A stretch of DNA of 64,000 nucleotides, taken from NCBI GenBank assembly GCA_036172245.1, contig JAYWIR010000047.1, positions 1,054,001-1,118,000 on the forward strand, in the 5' to 3' direction. The translations under genes and the position numbers were made by a program. The stretch comes from Raillietiella orientalis (Eukaryota). Position 1 is the stretch's first letter. Each line of letters begins with the position of its first letter. A model generated the notes under the pieces. It was not told the DNA's origin and ran no database searches. It was given only the letters and a program-made list of their open reading frames with translations. Below are positions 18,720 to 32,566 of the stretch, piece by piece.

Positions 18720-21600
18720 GAATCCCTCGCGTGTGTTTTTAGCATTGCAATGTGGAGGCCACGAACACACGGCAAGAAGGGGGCGTGACGAAGGAATTTC
18801 ATTGCTGCAACCCACGGGCCATCTACAAGAAGTTACATGCAGGGTGATTCTTCGGCTGGCAGCGCGACGGGCTCTGCAACAGCACGAGTGATTCTATGTA
18901 AATGATGCTGTACTCGTGTAATGTAATGATCCCTCTCGTTGACGAATCCCAAGTGCTTCGGTAAGGGAAAAGACGGCCTTTCGGGGAAAAGGGTGCATCA
19001 AAAATTACAGCTCAGTCTGCATAGCAGAGAGCAAAGACATATAAAGGAGAAAGGCAAATCATAGACGCTGACGGTTTCAAGGTGACGGAGAAGTTTACGG
19101 TCACCATCGAAGACTCCATCCTCAAAGATTAACATTTCGAAATTAACACCCAAGGACGGAGTGTTTTTTTTTTTTTTTTTCGAATAAGTGTTGACGTTTA
19201 TGAAAGCTCAAAACCAAAGTGACCAACAAATGAGCTACGAGTGAACTTCCCAATCTGGAGGAAGAAGACTTCTGGCTTGTCAAACGTTCTAAATATACCT
19301 TGTCCCACTTTCTCAAGAGCCTAGGTTTCCATCACAAATCTCCATTCGAAATGTTTCTGTTACCCAAGTACTTGCATTGCAATCTTCCCCAGAATGGTAG
19401 GCTTTGCTGCACTGATTCAGCCGATCATGACCCACTTCTCCATAGTATTACAGAATGTATTTTCACATTGCTTAGTAAACAGCAGTGGCAAGAATGCTCG
19501 TAACTTTTTGTTTTGCCGTTGGCACGCATGATTTACCGACATGTTAGTAGGTCAGCTTAGCAGCGCGCGTTCTCAAGTCTTGGAAAATGCATTTCGCACT
19601 TTACATTTCCAGCCTGAGTCTGGCCACAATGTTTTTGCAGAGCTGTTTCAAATGTGGATAATCATCCACCAATAAGTTGGATTGGTTATCGAGTTGCTTA
19701 TATTGTGGCTTTATTTTATTCACAAGTACTCTGTGAAACGACGTTGCTGAAAGGGTAATGGCACGCAAAGCCCGCGAGAACTTGGGTCGCGGAGGTCGCG
19801 CTTCAACACGGAGAAGAGTTGAAGGCTTCGGATGCTGTGCCTGGAACACACACCCTTGCGTTGGGTGACCTTGCTGAGCTTTCGCGAAGAGGAAACGGAG
19901 CTCTTGTTTCATGGACGAACCTCGAGGGTGCCTACAATTCGTGCCTACCAACTTTCATTTCGTCCCCTTAAGCACAGGAGAAGTGATTTCTCTCATTAGT
20001 GAGTTCTTTGAATTGTTCACATGCTGATTCTGACTTGCAGTACCACGTCGGAGTCGCACAGGACTGCCCACGTGAGAAACTCGTCTTCGATGTGGCAAGC
20101 TGAGACAACCCTGCAAGGTACCGATGCTGATGCTACGGGAGCTACACTTCTGTGCATGCTTACGGTATGACTATCGTCCAAGAGGACCTGACGATTGCTG
20201 GAGACAGTCGCAAATTTAATTAATCAGCATGTTTCCGGGAGAGAAATGTATAGCTACCTGGGACAAACCTGGGTGAGGTGACCAATAATTATGCGACTCT
20301 TTCCTGACAGCATCTTTGCACGCATACCAAGCCGAAAAGCTTCTCTCGACAGTTGAACGATATTACTGGAGATGCCAAGGCATGAGAGTCCTTCGGAAAA
20401 TACCTATGCATCATCGGACGTTAAGGCAACCCTATAACCCCGTGAAAAGACGTGGGATGGGTTGCCTTCCATTCGACTTCCAGTTTTCTGGATGTCGCCA
20501 GCTGTCGAGAGTCCTAGCTGGCTCTCATTCGCCATTCTTGTGAACGAAATTGATATTCAGCATCTGCAACACCAAGGAATCTCGCGAATGCGCCGACTCC
20601 AGAAATACATTATGGAGTATGCTACCGTGCTCTGCTCTCCTAACGAAAGGCACCTACACGAAGCACCGTCACGTAGTGTACATCGCTGCTGATACCCTGC
20701 AGATCAGCCAGCGGCACATCGACCACTGTGCCGCACCCCGTAAACAGCACACTCTTGGTCTGTAATAATGAATAGCAGTTTACAATCAATCCATAAGGGA
20801 GCAGCCGCCGATCACCCATCAGACAAGTGATGGTTGTCGATTACTGTCAGTCTGAGTCCTCCAAGGTGCAATGGCTGCCGGTTTTCTAGATCCGGGGATC
20901 TGGCAAATGAAATTCCTCGGAAAGTCAAACCTCTGCAAGAGGGAGCTCGGTCCAAGAGGCTGGTTGCATCCCGCCTGCAAGAATGTCAGAACACAAAATT
21001 GTTGCATGCGGCCGGCAGACAGAAGCAGTGATTCCCTCCACGAAACAAGAGTCTGAGGCCAAGGCTAATCTGGTTGCTAACTTTATCCGTGCCATAATTA
21101 CTGTCCGTGTATAGTTCGGTCCGGCTGGACGCACAGCCATCGATCTCCCTTTGCACTTTTGCTCGCGAAGCTGGGAATGTCAGTCTTGAAACTCCAGATC
21201 TGGAGTCCGGGATCGGGCACCTACTCTGTGTTTGCTCAGAGGCAACGTAAATATCCGCATCTCTCTTTCGGAGACCTACAGCAGGCTGCGTGCAACGCTG
21301 ACGATGACCTGTGCATGCACAGAGCTCTACGCTGCCCGGTGTCCCGAGCGCACTTCAGCATTCCAAGATTTGAGCGCTCTGGAGGAGAACTTTTCCACGA
21401 AGCTACCGGTTCACTCGATGTGGGCACCGCTGGTCATGAGTTTCCCCACTCTTTATGCCCTTACCTACTTGGCTGCAGCGTCCCGTTCCCTCGAGGACGC
21501 ACCGAACGTCTGCACTGTGATGGAGACCCTGGTGATTGGAGGTGTTTTCATCGTTGTTGTTGAGTGGAAGAGTGCATGACAGGAACACAAGAGCTGCTCC
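18720..21600 (+). mobile_element. Decayed L1/Tx1-like element (ORF1 knuckle remnant, RT, C-terminal CCHC remnant)
   Basis: QCGGHEHTAR...TGHLQEVTC (knuckle-like, about 18750); LVSWTNLEGAYNS (resembles LDLEKAYD, about 19905); GVAQDCPREKLVFDVA (resembles GVRQGCPLSPLLF, about 20050); YSYLG (about 20250); YNPVKRRGMGC (about 20435); CNADDDLCMHRALRC (about 21290). All in correct order. Confidence 0.6.
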
Positions 21601-22499
21601 TGAGCCTAGGGCTGGTTCGGTTTATTAAGTCGAGCTTTGAGGAACACGCAAAACGCACGAGGGATGTCAGTGGTTGATACGGAAATCTGGAAATCCATGC
21701 CTGATGGTCCGAAGGCACAAGAAGAAACCGTGGTGCCCAGCGTGTTGTTGCAAAGCCTTCCGAGGTGGCAATTTTATCAAAGAATGCCATGTTAGGAGAT
21801 GGGTAAACACGATCATCTGATGGAGGCAAACTTCGAATCATCCGACCCGTCCTGCAATCCTAGTTTCTGATCAAGCAACTTTGTTGAGGATATGAAAAGT
21901 TTTTTTTTTTTTTTTCCCCCCCGTAATAGCACCATTCCCTGACTCGAGCGGTCAGGTTCCAGTTCGGTACTCCATCTTTCAGGAGGTGCAAGGAAAGATA
22001 CGAATTTTTTTTTTTTCCCGGGCAGGCAGAGCCACTACAGAACGACTGTGATTCTGTCGTGGACTCCATGCGTCAGCATCTCCGATGAAGTGGCTTCCCC
22101 CGCCAGCGGGTGGTGCAAGCGCCAATTCCAGGGAGGAAGAGTGAGGAATCTAGGATGCTGCTTTCGGAAAAGGCGGGCTGACGAGGAATCTCTTCGTGGT
22201 TGGTTTCTCTGAATGTATATTTAAGCAACTCTGCTTAACGGGAGCAGATACTTGGACTGTTTATTTCTTTGGTCCAACTTTTGTTAATAAAATAAAATTT
22301 ATAACCCTTTTCATATTTTCCTTGTCAAGAAAGTTCGAGAAATGTGTGATAAATCGAGAATGAAACACGAGGAATACCGGAACACGGGAAAACACGCTGG
22401 CTTGCCCCACGGCTCGCCTCGGGAGCGCGCACGCTCCTCCGCAGGAAAGAGGCAGCATGTGTTTTTTTAGAAATGGATACACGTATGTGGTCCATTACG

Positions 22500-24780
22500 T
22501 AAACCAAGCAGGACCCGTCTCTGCGATCGAGCGCCCTAGGACTTTCGCAAACTCTCCCCTCTCCGAAAAAGAAACAGCATTTGTTAATAGGGAGGCAACC
22601 ATTTTCAAGGAACTAGGATTGAGGACATAAGCGACTATTCCAAGCAAAATAGAAATATCAGAGATAATCGCCGATGCAGCTGAAGGCTGCAGGCACCCAT
22701 GACGACAGAGTTTTTTTCCCCATCGTTTGGTATCACATCTGCACTTAGCAACTTGATTAATGCTGTCAATCGACGAACAAAGACATACCAAAGCGTTTCT
22801 ACACCGCTTTTGTATTAGATAGAAGGACTTATCAGCAAGCCGTTTGGGCAGAGGAAAATTCGATAGAATGCCACTACGAAACAAGCGGCGGCCATTGCTC
22901 TGGCAACCACTGCTGTGCTCCAAAGCAGTTTTTGGTTTCCTTGGCTGCGGAAGTAATGATAGTGTGCTGATCAACGAACAAGAAAAGCGCTCCTCGTTAC
23001 GCGCGCGACGAAAAAACGATTTGCAAGGGGCGGAACGAAGCTGGGACAGCATCCTGCAGAGCATCCTGCTGGATGCAATCGTGCAAGAGGAAGGGTGTCT
23101 GGTCAAGACTTGGGAGCTTTTCGGAAACAAGCGCTTCTCCGTAGCTGGCCCAATAGAGGGCCCAGTAGAGGTTTTGCGAACCACGGCTGAAAGTTGGAGG
23201 AACACCAGAGAGGTGCGCCACCGTCCAAGGCAACCGCGAAAAATATTCCAAGTTTCATTTTGTTCTTAGAGACTGGTAGGCGGCTGAGACAGGCGGAGAA
23301 GTGCGGAGAAGAAGAAGAAGGAATCGACCTTGAAAATCAGAAAAGTGATGGAGATGCGTTTCATTTAGAAACGGTCGTCCTCAGCTTCCAGGAGTCGTCC
23401 ATTGAGAAACCGCAGTTGCCAGGAATTGGGACGGTCAGTGTGCTGTTGGCCCCTTCAAATCAGCTCTCACGAGGTTGTCTCGAATCGGTGGACGCTGCTC
23501 GGACGGGCGTAGTAAAAAACCAAATCCCACCCCTTGGTGAAATGCTGCCTAGCAACTGAGGGGAGGGGGGGGGGTTAACTTGACGATGCGCAGCCGCAAG
23601 ATCCTACGGATACAGAAATGGTGCGCATCCTCGCTCTGTAGCCCCAAAGCACGGCAACTCTGGATAGATGCATGGAACCTTGGGGACCTTTCCAGACTTG
23701 GAAGAGGCGGAAAGGTCCAAAGAGTCCCACATTCAGTTTCTGAATGTGGAACTCTGAGTTTCTCGAGAGCTGCTGACATCGCCCGACGAGTACCGCTTCA
23801 TGATTGGGCTGTGAACTGGTATCAGGGAACCTCCAGAGCCATCGCAGTTCCACTTAAACCTAATAAACCATCAGCTATCATTTGGTGGCAGCTAAATGTC
23901 CGTGCAAACGAGACCGATTCTGTCGTGACTCTCCCTATTTGCATGGTGCAGTCAGTCACGTACGGCAGAGAAGCAACAAACGCGGCCTCGGTGCGCTCAC
24001 CGGAAACCGTGAGAGGCACCTTACGGTCGGAGTGGTCCGAGTGCCACAGAACGATCAAGAGTGGCAGACTTTTTCCTGGATGCTCGGATCCGAAAGTATT
24101 CAAAGTATCTTCCAGAGCGGTCTCGAGAAGCGAAAGTCGAGAATTCCTCGACAGGAAACGGAAACGCCGATCCTGTTTACCTTTGCCCTGCTCCTCCCGT
24201 GTGGAATCCCGCTCTAAATGTTTGAGAAACGGAGCCAACAGACGACAGGGACGTGCGTTCCAGTCGGCGAATTGTGACCACTCGACTGAGGCTCGACTCC
24301 CTGCCAGCACACTTCGCTCAGAGCAGACAACGATGGTACCACGCAAGAACTGGTGTTCCGACCAAGGAACGAATCCGACTCGTTTCCGAAGCCGACACGT
24401 CGGTGGCCAAAACCCAAGAAATACGACTGACCCGAAGGGTCAGAGCAGCGGCGCTTCGCCACTGCGCTGACCAGCAGCCACTACTCGTGAATCGTGGCAT
24501 AAATGCGGGGGTCGTTTAGAGCATCCATCTGCATCCCTGTGCAGAAATCGCCAGAAAAGGCAGCCGGGCGACGTCTCTCAAGACGGGGATTCAACTTCCC
24601 ATTCGAAGGACGAGATGGACGAACGGCTAAGGCATCCAGATAGCTGAACTCCTCGGGAGTCCCCTGATGACCACACCGGAACTGGCGGACGAAAAAGGGA
24701 GCTCGCTGAAGTGCATGCAGTATAACACTGCGTGTCCCGCTGTCTTTGCAGTGGTCTACACTTACAGAGGCACACGCAAT
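22500..24780 (-). mobile_element. Decayed L1/Tx1-like element, 5' part (knuckle, APE endonuclease, linker)
   Basis: QCYTAC and FRCGHQG knuckle-like remnants; ADWNARP (GDxN), LEDTLNTFGSEHPG, SDHSDRK (SDH), SWKL, and DKSFYLIQKR (resembles TKYFYxxEKK), in order. Confidence 0.45.
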
Positions 24781-27449
24781 GTTAGCTGAATGGCGACAGC
24801 CGCCCTCTACGTCTCTGTTTGTATGCACAACTGCACATCCAGGATGAATGAACCTTCAGCGGCTCTTCTCCCTCCAGAGCTTTCTTGTGTTTCATTCTTC
24901 ATCTGCTTGTTTTATGGCTCCCGACTGTTCTTTCTCTGCCTATTCATCTACTGTCTGTACCCTATTTATTTATCCCTTTATTTCACTACGAATCGGGTTT
25001 CGCTTATATCGAACGGATATATTATATTTTGCTTATACATATTTGCTTATGTTTTGCGTATTGAAGCGCGCATCGATCCTGGAGCACACGTTCCTCTCGA
25101 TCCATCCCTCCTCTATGGTGAAGGATCGAACCTGTCACACGGCAGGATCGTTTAATAACATCGAACGGGATTTTGGTTCCGATTCTGCCAAGAACAAAAT
25201 GAAGTCGAATAGATTGAGAGCGCAAGACTTTCCTCCCTCCCTCCCTCCCTCCCTCCCTCTCTTGGAATATCATTGCATTTCTGATCATGATTATCTTTTC
25301 TAACAGATATTTGAATACAGTGCCCTGGGAGGGAGGGAGAGAAACTGGTCCACTTTCATCGTTCACCCCAGTAATTCAGGTCGGAACGGAAACTGCCACG
25401 TGATCCCGGAAAGTTGGTTCCAACGAGTGAAGCAGATTCATATATTTGTGTCAGAGCGTGGTTGGGAAAAGGAGCGGAGGCACTCCGTCTCACCAAGGCC
25501 TGTTGCTCAACCGAACCGAGCCACCGTCCAGAGAGACCCGGTCTCCACCTGAATTCGGAATTCCGTCTGAGTGTGGCCGAAAGGAGAGCCGTCGGGAAAT
25601 CCCCTCATCGTATGCAGGGTAAATCATCTTTGGAAGTAAAATGTTCACTGGCAAAGCATTCAGAACAATGGATCATCACGCTCTCTTCATTTCAGCTCTT
25701 CCGCAGCTGGCTATGCAATAAAAGATGCTCTGGGATCTTCCGACGGATGGGAGGAGAAAAAAAAAAAAAATCCCATCCTCGATAAATCAGCTGGTGACAT
25801 CACAATCATCTCTTCGTTCCATTATTTCCTCCGAGTGACAGTACAAAAGACCCTAAGACCGCTTCAGACTGCCGGGAACGCTCCTCCTCCTTTTCCAGAA
25901 AGGAGAATCTAAAAAGGAAAGAAGTCACCGCGGACAAGCTTACTCGAAGGTTCCGATGAGGAAACGGACCGTACCCGTGACGTCCTCTTCAAAGATCTGC
26001 TGCTTGCCGCCTTTGCTACCCCCCCCGAGTGGACTCTGTGCGGTCGACTGGAACGCGCACCGGGAAAATGGGGGACGTGGCGCACGGACCTCGATCGCGG
26101 TCTTCGGAGTCCCGACAGCGAGTGCGTGCGGAGAGGGGGAGGGGAAGGGGTACGTACCCCATCCGACTAAACAAGAAGTGAGAAACACGCGCACTGCCAG
26201 CGTTTGAACGAGGCGGAAACGTTAAGATGGGCAAGGAAGCAGCAGCGAGAAATCAACGGGCACGCTCGACGGAGAAGATCTGCGGGGGAGGGGGTGGGGG
26301 AAGGGGAGAGTCCAGCCAAGGTCCACGAAAACTTTCCGCCGAGAGGACCGCCGCCTCTGGCCCGCGAGCTTGCGGAGCGAGCGACAACTGCCGCGGGAAT
26401 CTTCCGCACGCTTTCGGGAATCTCCCGCCCGCTCCCCCGCCCTCGAGATGTACTCAGGTAAACAAATTTCATTTCGATCCCACATAAATAAAGTGGGAGG
26501 AAGAGAGTCCCGCGATCTGTTGGGAACCATAACATTAGAAATGTTTATAAATACCGCCCCCCTGGACGCTCCTAGGGGGTGCGACAAGGCGTTCGGAAAT
26601 AGCACGGCGCGGGAACAGAAACTTTCAAAGAGAGGGTGAGACTGTGGCGCGCGTGTTTCGTGTGTGCACTTCGCAAGTGGATGTTTACCTTTCAGAATGG
26701 ATGCGGGACGGATGCCGTAGCAGAAATGCACTATCCATACATACATATACATATATATACATATATGGATAGATAGATAGACGCATGGAAGCCCCGTTTT
26801 GTCTCCATGGAAGGAACGCGCTCAGAAGGTCCACGGGACCGCGCATGATTCTCATGATGAGGTGTGGTGGGCAGGAGACAGAGTCCCAGCAGCAACGGAT
26901 CGGACCCTTGAAACTAAAATCATCATCGATCCTGAAATCACGCTTTCTGGAACGTTCGTTTGTTTATTTATTTTTTTACTGCATCCTGTGTACATAAGAT
27001 ACTTCCTTTTACTTATTTCCAGACGCTGATTTATAGATGGTAGATGTTAGTGCTCTCCACTCTCCTTGGCTACGGAACTCCAAATTCGCCAGTCGTGAAG
27101 GAGCCCTCCTGCTTTCCGATGATCGATTCCGATCTGCCAAAAGGCTTCGATTTTAATGGTTCGAATAAACTGCAGTTTATTATTTTACTGTTCGCGTGCT
27201 CCATCTTGGAGCTCCCTTTCCAGACCTGGATGGGTGGTTGCGCTCCGTGCACACACGTGCTGCACCCATGCGTCCATCGAATCACCGATGTCCCCTCATC
27301 AGTCAAGAGGGGCAGCCGAGCGGCATACTTGCATCCATGTCAAAAATACGCCCCCGAACCCGTCGTACCTGTCATATCCTCAGGCAGGTAGGTGTACACG
27401 CTTCAATCTCGTCAGTAGGTTGCACTCAACCTGTACGGTACACCCCGAA

Positions 27450-28070
27450 CGGTACGGCCTTGCCTGCTTCACTCTCCTATCGGTGCCTCTACCAAATGCA
27501 GTGGCGTGACTTGGATTTGTGAAGTCGGAGCCTCACACTGCACGCGTATTCAGAGAATAGGGCGTCAGTTGAAGGATAGGAAGGGAAGGGAAGACAAGTT
27601 GAAGAACAAAGAAGGTGGGCCAGAAGCTTCAGGAGCAGTCGATGCCTCCTATCAAGGCAGAAGCCTTCGTGTTCCCGTGATCGTCGAAGGGTTAGGCGCC
27701 TCTGCTGCTGCGGGCATGCGTGCTCGATAAGATGCCCGAACGTCAAATCCTGAGCAACGGTGGCTGCTCATCAATGTTTGAAGGATGAGATCGCAAGCCT
27801 TCGCACACAGCCTCTGCGACGGTCTCGTGATGGTGAAGCGGCACTGCCATGGGGAGACAAAGCATCGGTGGTGCTTCACCACGAGGCCGAAAGCAAGCTG
27901 CAAAGCACGCAGTGGTGACGCAGCCATCTTCACCACCAGAAAGACTCGACAGCAGTCCTCCTTGAGGCAATGGCAACGTTGCTTCCAAGCTCGAACGCCC
28001 CTGTTCCCCAGCACGATCGGGGCTGCCGGGGGAGTGGCAGCAGTCCAAGATGCTATCCTCAGCACCGATC
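27450..28070 (-). mobile_element. Possible APE endonuclease relic of a non-LTR element
   Basis: LRIASWTAA (resembles KIASWNVNG), LKEDCCRVFLV, DRRHRLLLKL and YPST in order. Highly degenerate. Confidence 0.35.
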
Positions 28071-29639
28071 TCTTTTCAATGCCACCTTCGGAAGGATTCG
28101 AAAAGACTAACTCGGACCCTCTTCCGCGCTTCATCGCATTCCTTCCGGATGCTACATTTGTGGTCGCTTGAGCGAAGCGTCACATGGGAGGAATTCTGGA
28201 GCGTTCCCGAAGCCGGAGGAGCGCGGCACGAGCGGCAGTCTCAAAGATTCTTGTCAGACGGGTCTTCGAGAAGTTTGCGAAGAGCACTGAAGATGTTTGG
28301 GGAAGCGAGCGCATCTGAAACTTGGAGTGATAAAAGATCTTTCTCGAATTTCCTCTGAACCACCACCACGGTGTCGTTGTACTGCTGCGATAAGCGGATC
28401 AAAAACAGCAATGAGCTGTCTCCTAGGTCGCGCGTGTTCGTCGTAGGTTAGGATGCACATTAATGTGCAGTTCTCCGATGTATATATATATTATTCTTTT
28501 TTTTTCAATTCTATCTTTTTTTCTTTCCTGCTTTGCGGTTTTCGCTTTTTGTATTCTCGGTCATCATTTTTTGCGGTCGTTAAAGTTGATTTATCTTTCA
28601 GGAAAAATTAAGACTTGAAGAAAGGGAGCGAGCTGCCATAATTTCCGATCTTTTCCTCTTTTTTTCCTGCGCTCGCGCGTGTGTTCCCCCCTGGGCAAAC
28701 CAGTCCGACATGACTGCGACAGCGGTTCGGGTTCGATGAGAGGAGTGGGTATTCCCGAACCAGATCGGACGGCGCCCCGGTCGGCTCGTTCCTGATTTTC
28801 CGTTCCGGGAAGCCGAGAGGAGAAGGTTCTCCGGGAATAGGACACGATTCGGGCGATTCGTGGAGATTAGGGCAACTGTGGTCACTTGGGATGCTCCCGC
28901 CGCTGGGAGGAGGCGAGCCATCCGGGAACAGAGCCGCGACAGCTCTTTCGCCGCCGCCCCTCGGGGTGCTGCTGCTGCGAACGGTCAGCGGTGGGAAGAA
29001 CAACACGCGGTGTGCCGGGAAAACGTGGCTTTTCAGACTCGAACGCGGCGCGGGGTTTTTTTCTTCCTCTTCCTTTCTTTCGCTCCACCGTTTGGACCCG
29101 AACCCGAAACGGATCGCAGCAGAACACTCCCAATAAATAAACAAAAACAATAAAAAGTCAGATTATCACATACTCTCTGGATTATCAAAAGCCAGTAGTG
29201 CAAGCTGATGAGGGGCTTTTCGGGGGGAGAAAAAATGGCCCCCTCGTAGGAGGGGGAAAAAACACAGATTTCTTAATTACGTGAAACGAGACGGAAGGAA
29301 GTTCCAGGAGCAGTCCCTAGGGATCTAGTCCGAGTCTGCTGAGCACGAGGACAGCAGGGAAAAAGAGCAGTTTAATTGCCAAACGTTCTCCAAGAAATTT
29401 TGGAAACGTGAAAATTAAGCAGCATACGCTGCAACCGTACGGAGAAGGACCGGGCAGCTCCGTTCCATTTTGTTCCTATCGGTCCGGTAGACAGATGTGG
29501 AATTTTTCAGACGTTCCGCAAGACAGGAAGGAAGGCCCCAGTGTGTAGGGAAGGCTCACGGAAGGAACTCTTATACCGGCGGAGGCAACTCAACGAGAGC
29601 ACTTCATCCTTTAATGGAGGAGAAAACGCGTGATTGCAC

Positions 29640-30720
29640 CGCCTAAGGAGGCACATCCTCTCAATATTCTTAATAGCAGACTCGGCATGGAAGGAAAACC
29701 TCCGCAGTTACATCACCATATAAATTCATGAAGTGGTACTGCATCGCAGAACCTCGTAGGAAATGATAACCCGCACTTACTTCTCCATCCAAGTGAATAC
29801 AATGATCAGTGTGAAAAAATTGAAGGGTTGATGTGACGGAGGTGCGCTGAAGACTTTTTGAAAATGAGAACAAGATGCAAGTCCCCCCCCCCCCCCAAAT
29901 ACAGTCTATAAGGCCTGCAGACTGAACGAAGATATACAATATACAATGTAAGGACGCTTTTTCCTTTTCACATAAGCGAGCGCCGCAGGACAAAGGGAAA
30001 AGTGATCAAGAAATGGACAGGAGCAGAAGGGAATGCAAGAAAGTGGAGGAGGAGACCTTGGCGCGCCACCGTCCAGGTTGCCTCTGGAGGCGGAGGATGA
30101 AAAATACCGAAGATGGGCATCGCGGATGTTTGGCGCAGAGACTTCCACCAGGAGGAATCGGAACGAGGAGCGAGTCGGATGTGCGAAGATGGCGTTCGTG
30201 GAAGCTGCGCCTCCGTGGCCCTCCGCAGACTGCATGCAGGAATGCGATAGGGAAGAAATGAAATCAGAAGACGTGTCTGAGATAAGAGTGTGCACTTCGC
30301 AAAGTAGCCACTTAAACAAGAATACGATCGCTCCTGCCCTTGAGAAAACATGAATTTTTTTTTTATGGAGAAATTCCCGGCGTAGAGAGAGTGGGATGCT
30401 GTCGTTTCCTTCCTACAAACGGAACGCATCAAACTCGGAGTCTTTTTCAAGCAACTGGACCATACGCTTGTGGGCAGGTCTTGCTGAACGGAACGAAATT
30501 TTGCCATCAGTGTGTGAGACCAAGAGCTCCAGGGCTTCCAGCCCGCGAGCCTGGAAGCCAAAGGAGAGGCGGGCCGAGGCAGTGAAAGGTACCCTCGATC
30601 TCAGATCGTCGTGCAGCACGGAAAGGTGGAAGCGAAAATCCGATCGGGCCGGAGGAAGAACACAGTTGCTAAGCGCCCGGTTGTGGAGCAATTTCGTTCC
30701 GAGCGGGACCAACGAATTTA
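29640..30720 (-). mobile_element. Decayed L1/Tx1-like RT C-terminal relic that contains the left inverted-repeat arm
   Basis: PLGTKLLHNRAL, LSVLHDDL (FADD-like), SHTDGKISFRS (SGxKINxxKS-like), FRFLL...RGNLDGGAP and LPCRVC in order. Confidence 0.5.
29970..30274 (+). repeat. Left arm of 305-bp inverted repeat
   Basis: Reverse complement of 34343-34647. One difference was seen (GAAGAAATG vs GAAGGAATG), and the ORF-track translations of the two arms otherwise match. Confidence 0.95.
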
Positions 30721-31808
30721 ATTAGCCATCATCTCCTACGATAATCCACTGAGAAGCAGACGCACTACGCTCTGCCACTGGGAATTATGAGCCGGGATGA
30801 ACGTTTTAATTGCTTCATCACAACCTTTCTTAAGTTTCCAATCCATTTCTCTTGGTCGGCTAAGGAGTGCTTTTCTCGTGACACCGTTTCATAACAGCAT
30901 CCACGGCTTCGAGATGCCTGTTATCGTCAGTACAATACTGGGGGGAGGGGAATTTGGGGGGGGGGGGAGGAGAGGGAGGGGTTTCAGATCTAATTTCCAA
31001 TGGAGCTCCGGAAAGTCCCTCTCGTACCGAAACTACTATACGTCCAGACAATGGCTGAAACTTGTTCCTCATATATCTACTTTCAATTTGAAAACTTCTA
31101 AGAAGCTTCCACGAGCTACGGAAATTTTTCACTTCGCGAGGAAGGGAGGGGGGCATTCCTTTTGCGACGGGAACCGAAGCAAAGTGTTTAAACCCTGCTC
31201 TTGATTTGCAGGTGCTTTGGGAAATTTATGGTCTCAAGAAATGTATGTTATCCCTAAATAGCAGAGGTTAAAAATACCTACAGCCACTACGCCATGAGAG
31301 CGTTTATGTAAAACCAAAGGATTGCTTCCTCGACGGGGGGGGGGGGGGGGGAAAAAAAAAAAAATGAATTACTAAACCCGAGGAAAGAAAGAATAAATCG
31401 TAGCTGTCCGAGGGCAGCTACGATTGATTCTTCCTTCCTTCCCATCTTTGTTCAAGGAGCAGATGGGGCATCAGAAAGAACCTTCGGCTCGCGAGCTCAA
31501 AGGTAGTAGCAGTAGCAGCATCCGAGGTTCCACGGTCCGCGAATGGGGACACAGTCGTGGGTGTCTCTGGAATCGAAGATCTGTTCCAGATGCCTTGTAG
31601 GCGTTCCGAGGCGAGGACCATCGAAAATCGGGAGTCCACGTGGAAAGCGAAATTTGCCATCCAGCCGTGTCGCGTAACGACATAGAATCTTCCCTTATGC
31701 AAAAATGGCTAATTGAAAGAATCCCGTGACGCTCCCGGATCGATGGCTCGTGGGATGCGCGGCGCCAAGGCACTTGAAAGACCCAGTGGAAAAACAACAA
31801 CAACAACA

Positions 31809-32566
31809 ACGTCGTCGATTCTTTCGTCGAAGGCTTTCACTATGGCAGAGATCATCTCTGTGTTCCCCCTTTCGTGGAAACAGGACGTCATCATGCTGGT
31901 GCATTGGGGTTTTCACTCCAACCAGCGGACGAACCGTGTTTCCGGGGGAGTTGTCTCCCCGAACTGTAAGCGGTGTGGGGAAGTGGAAACGCTCCCGCAC
32001 CTGCTCCTGGACTGCGGTGTCCTCAAAGGACTGTGGCGGAGGCTGACCTCAGCTCTCCTGCACCGGGGGGACACCGCGAGAGACTTGATGCGCCGCTTCT
32101 TCACGCCAGGCGGCCTGTCTTTAGGTGCTGTAATCGCAACGGTCTGTTGCACCCGCGCCATCGACAAGGCCCACCGAGAGCTGGAGAAGCTGGCGATTTG
32201 TCGACAGGCCATCGGAATAGCCGACGATGACATGACGTCGGCTGCCGGGTGGGCCCATCTTCCAGAGGGCGTTAGGAGCGAGATCTCCGGCATCCAACGC
32301 CGGTTCTGAAAGGGAGGGACGGCCGAAGCCAAAGACCCCTGTCCCCCCCCTACCCTTCCCATGTCTTTATTTCTATTTTTTTTTTTTTAAATATATGTGT
32401 TTGTGGTCCCCTCCCTCCCGTTCCGGACTTTCGGATTTACCGACCTGCGTGTCGGGAAGCCCTCCCTTCGTCTCTTCTGTGCCCTTTGTCCGGGAACTCC
32501 GTTCCCGGATAGCTTAGCAATAAACGCCCCGTCGCACCCGGGTGGGAAACGACGTCGTCGATTCTT
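31809..32566 (+). mobile_element. Young 5'-truncated non-LTR retrotransposon (L1/Tx1-like ORF2 C-terminus plus 3'UTR) with target-site duplication
   Basis: Open frame to a stop at 32309 containing the CCHC motif CKRCGEVETLPHLLLDC. AATAAA at 32519-32524. Perfect 15-bp direct repeat ACGTCGTCGATTCTT at 31809-31823 and 32552-32566 (19 bp with one mismatch). Confidence 0.85.

Noticed and set aside
29205..29260. Hammerhead-like CTGATGA core
   Set aside because: No stem II closed directly by GAAA, and no stems I and III.
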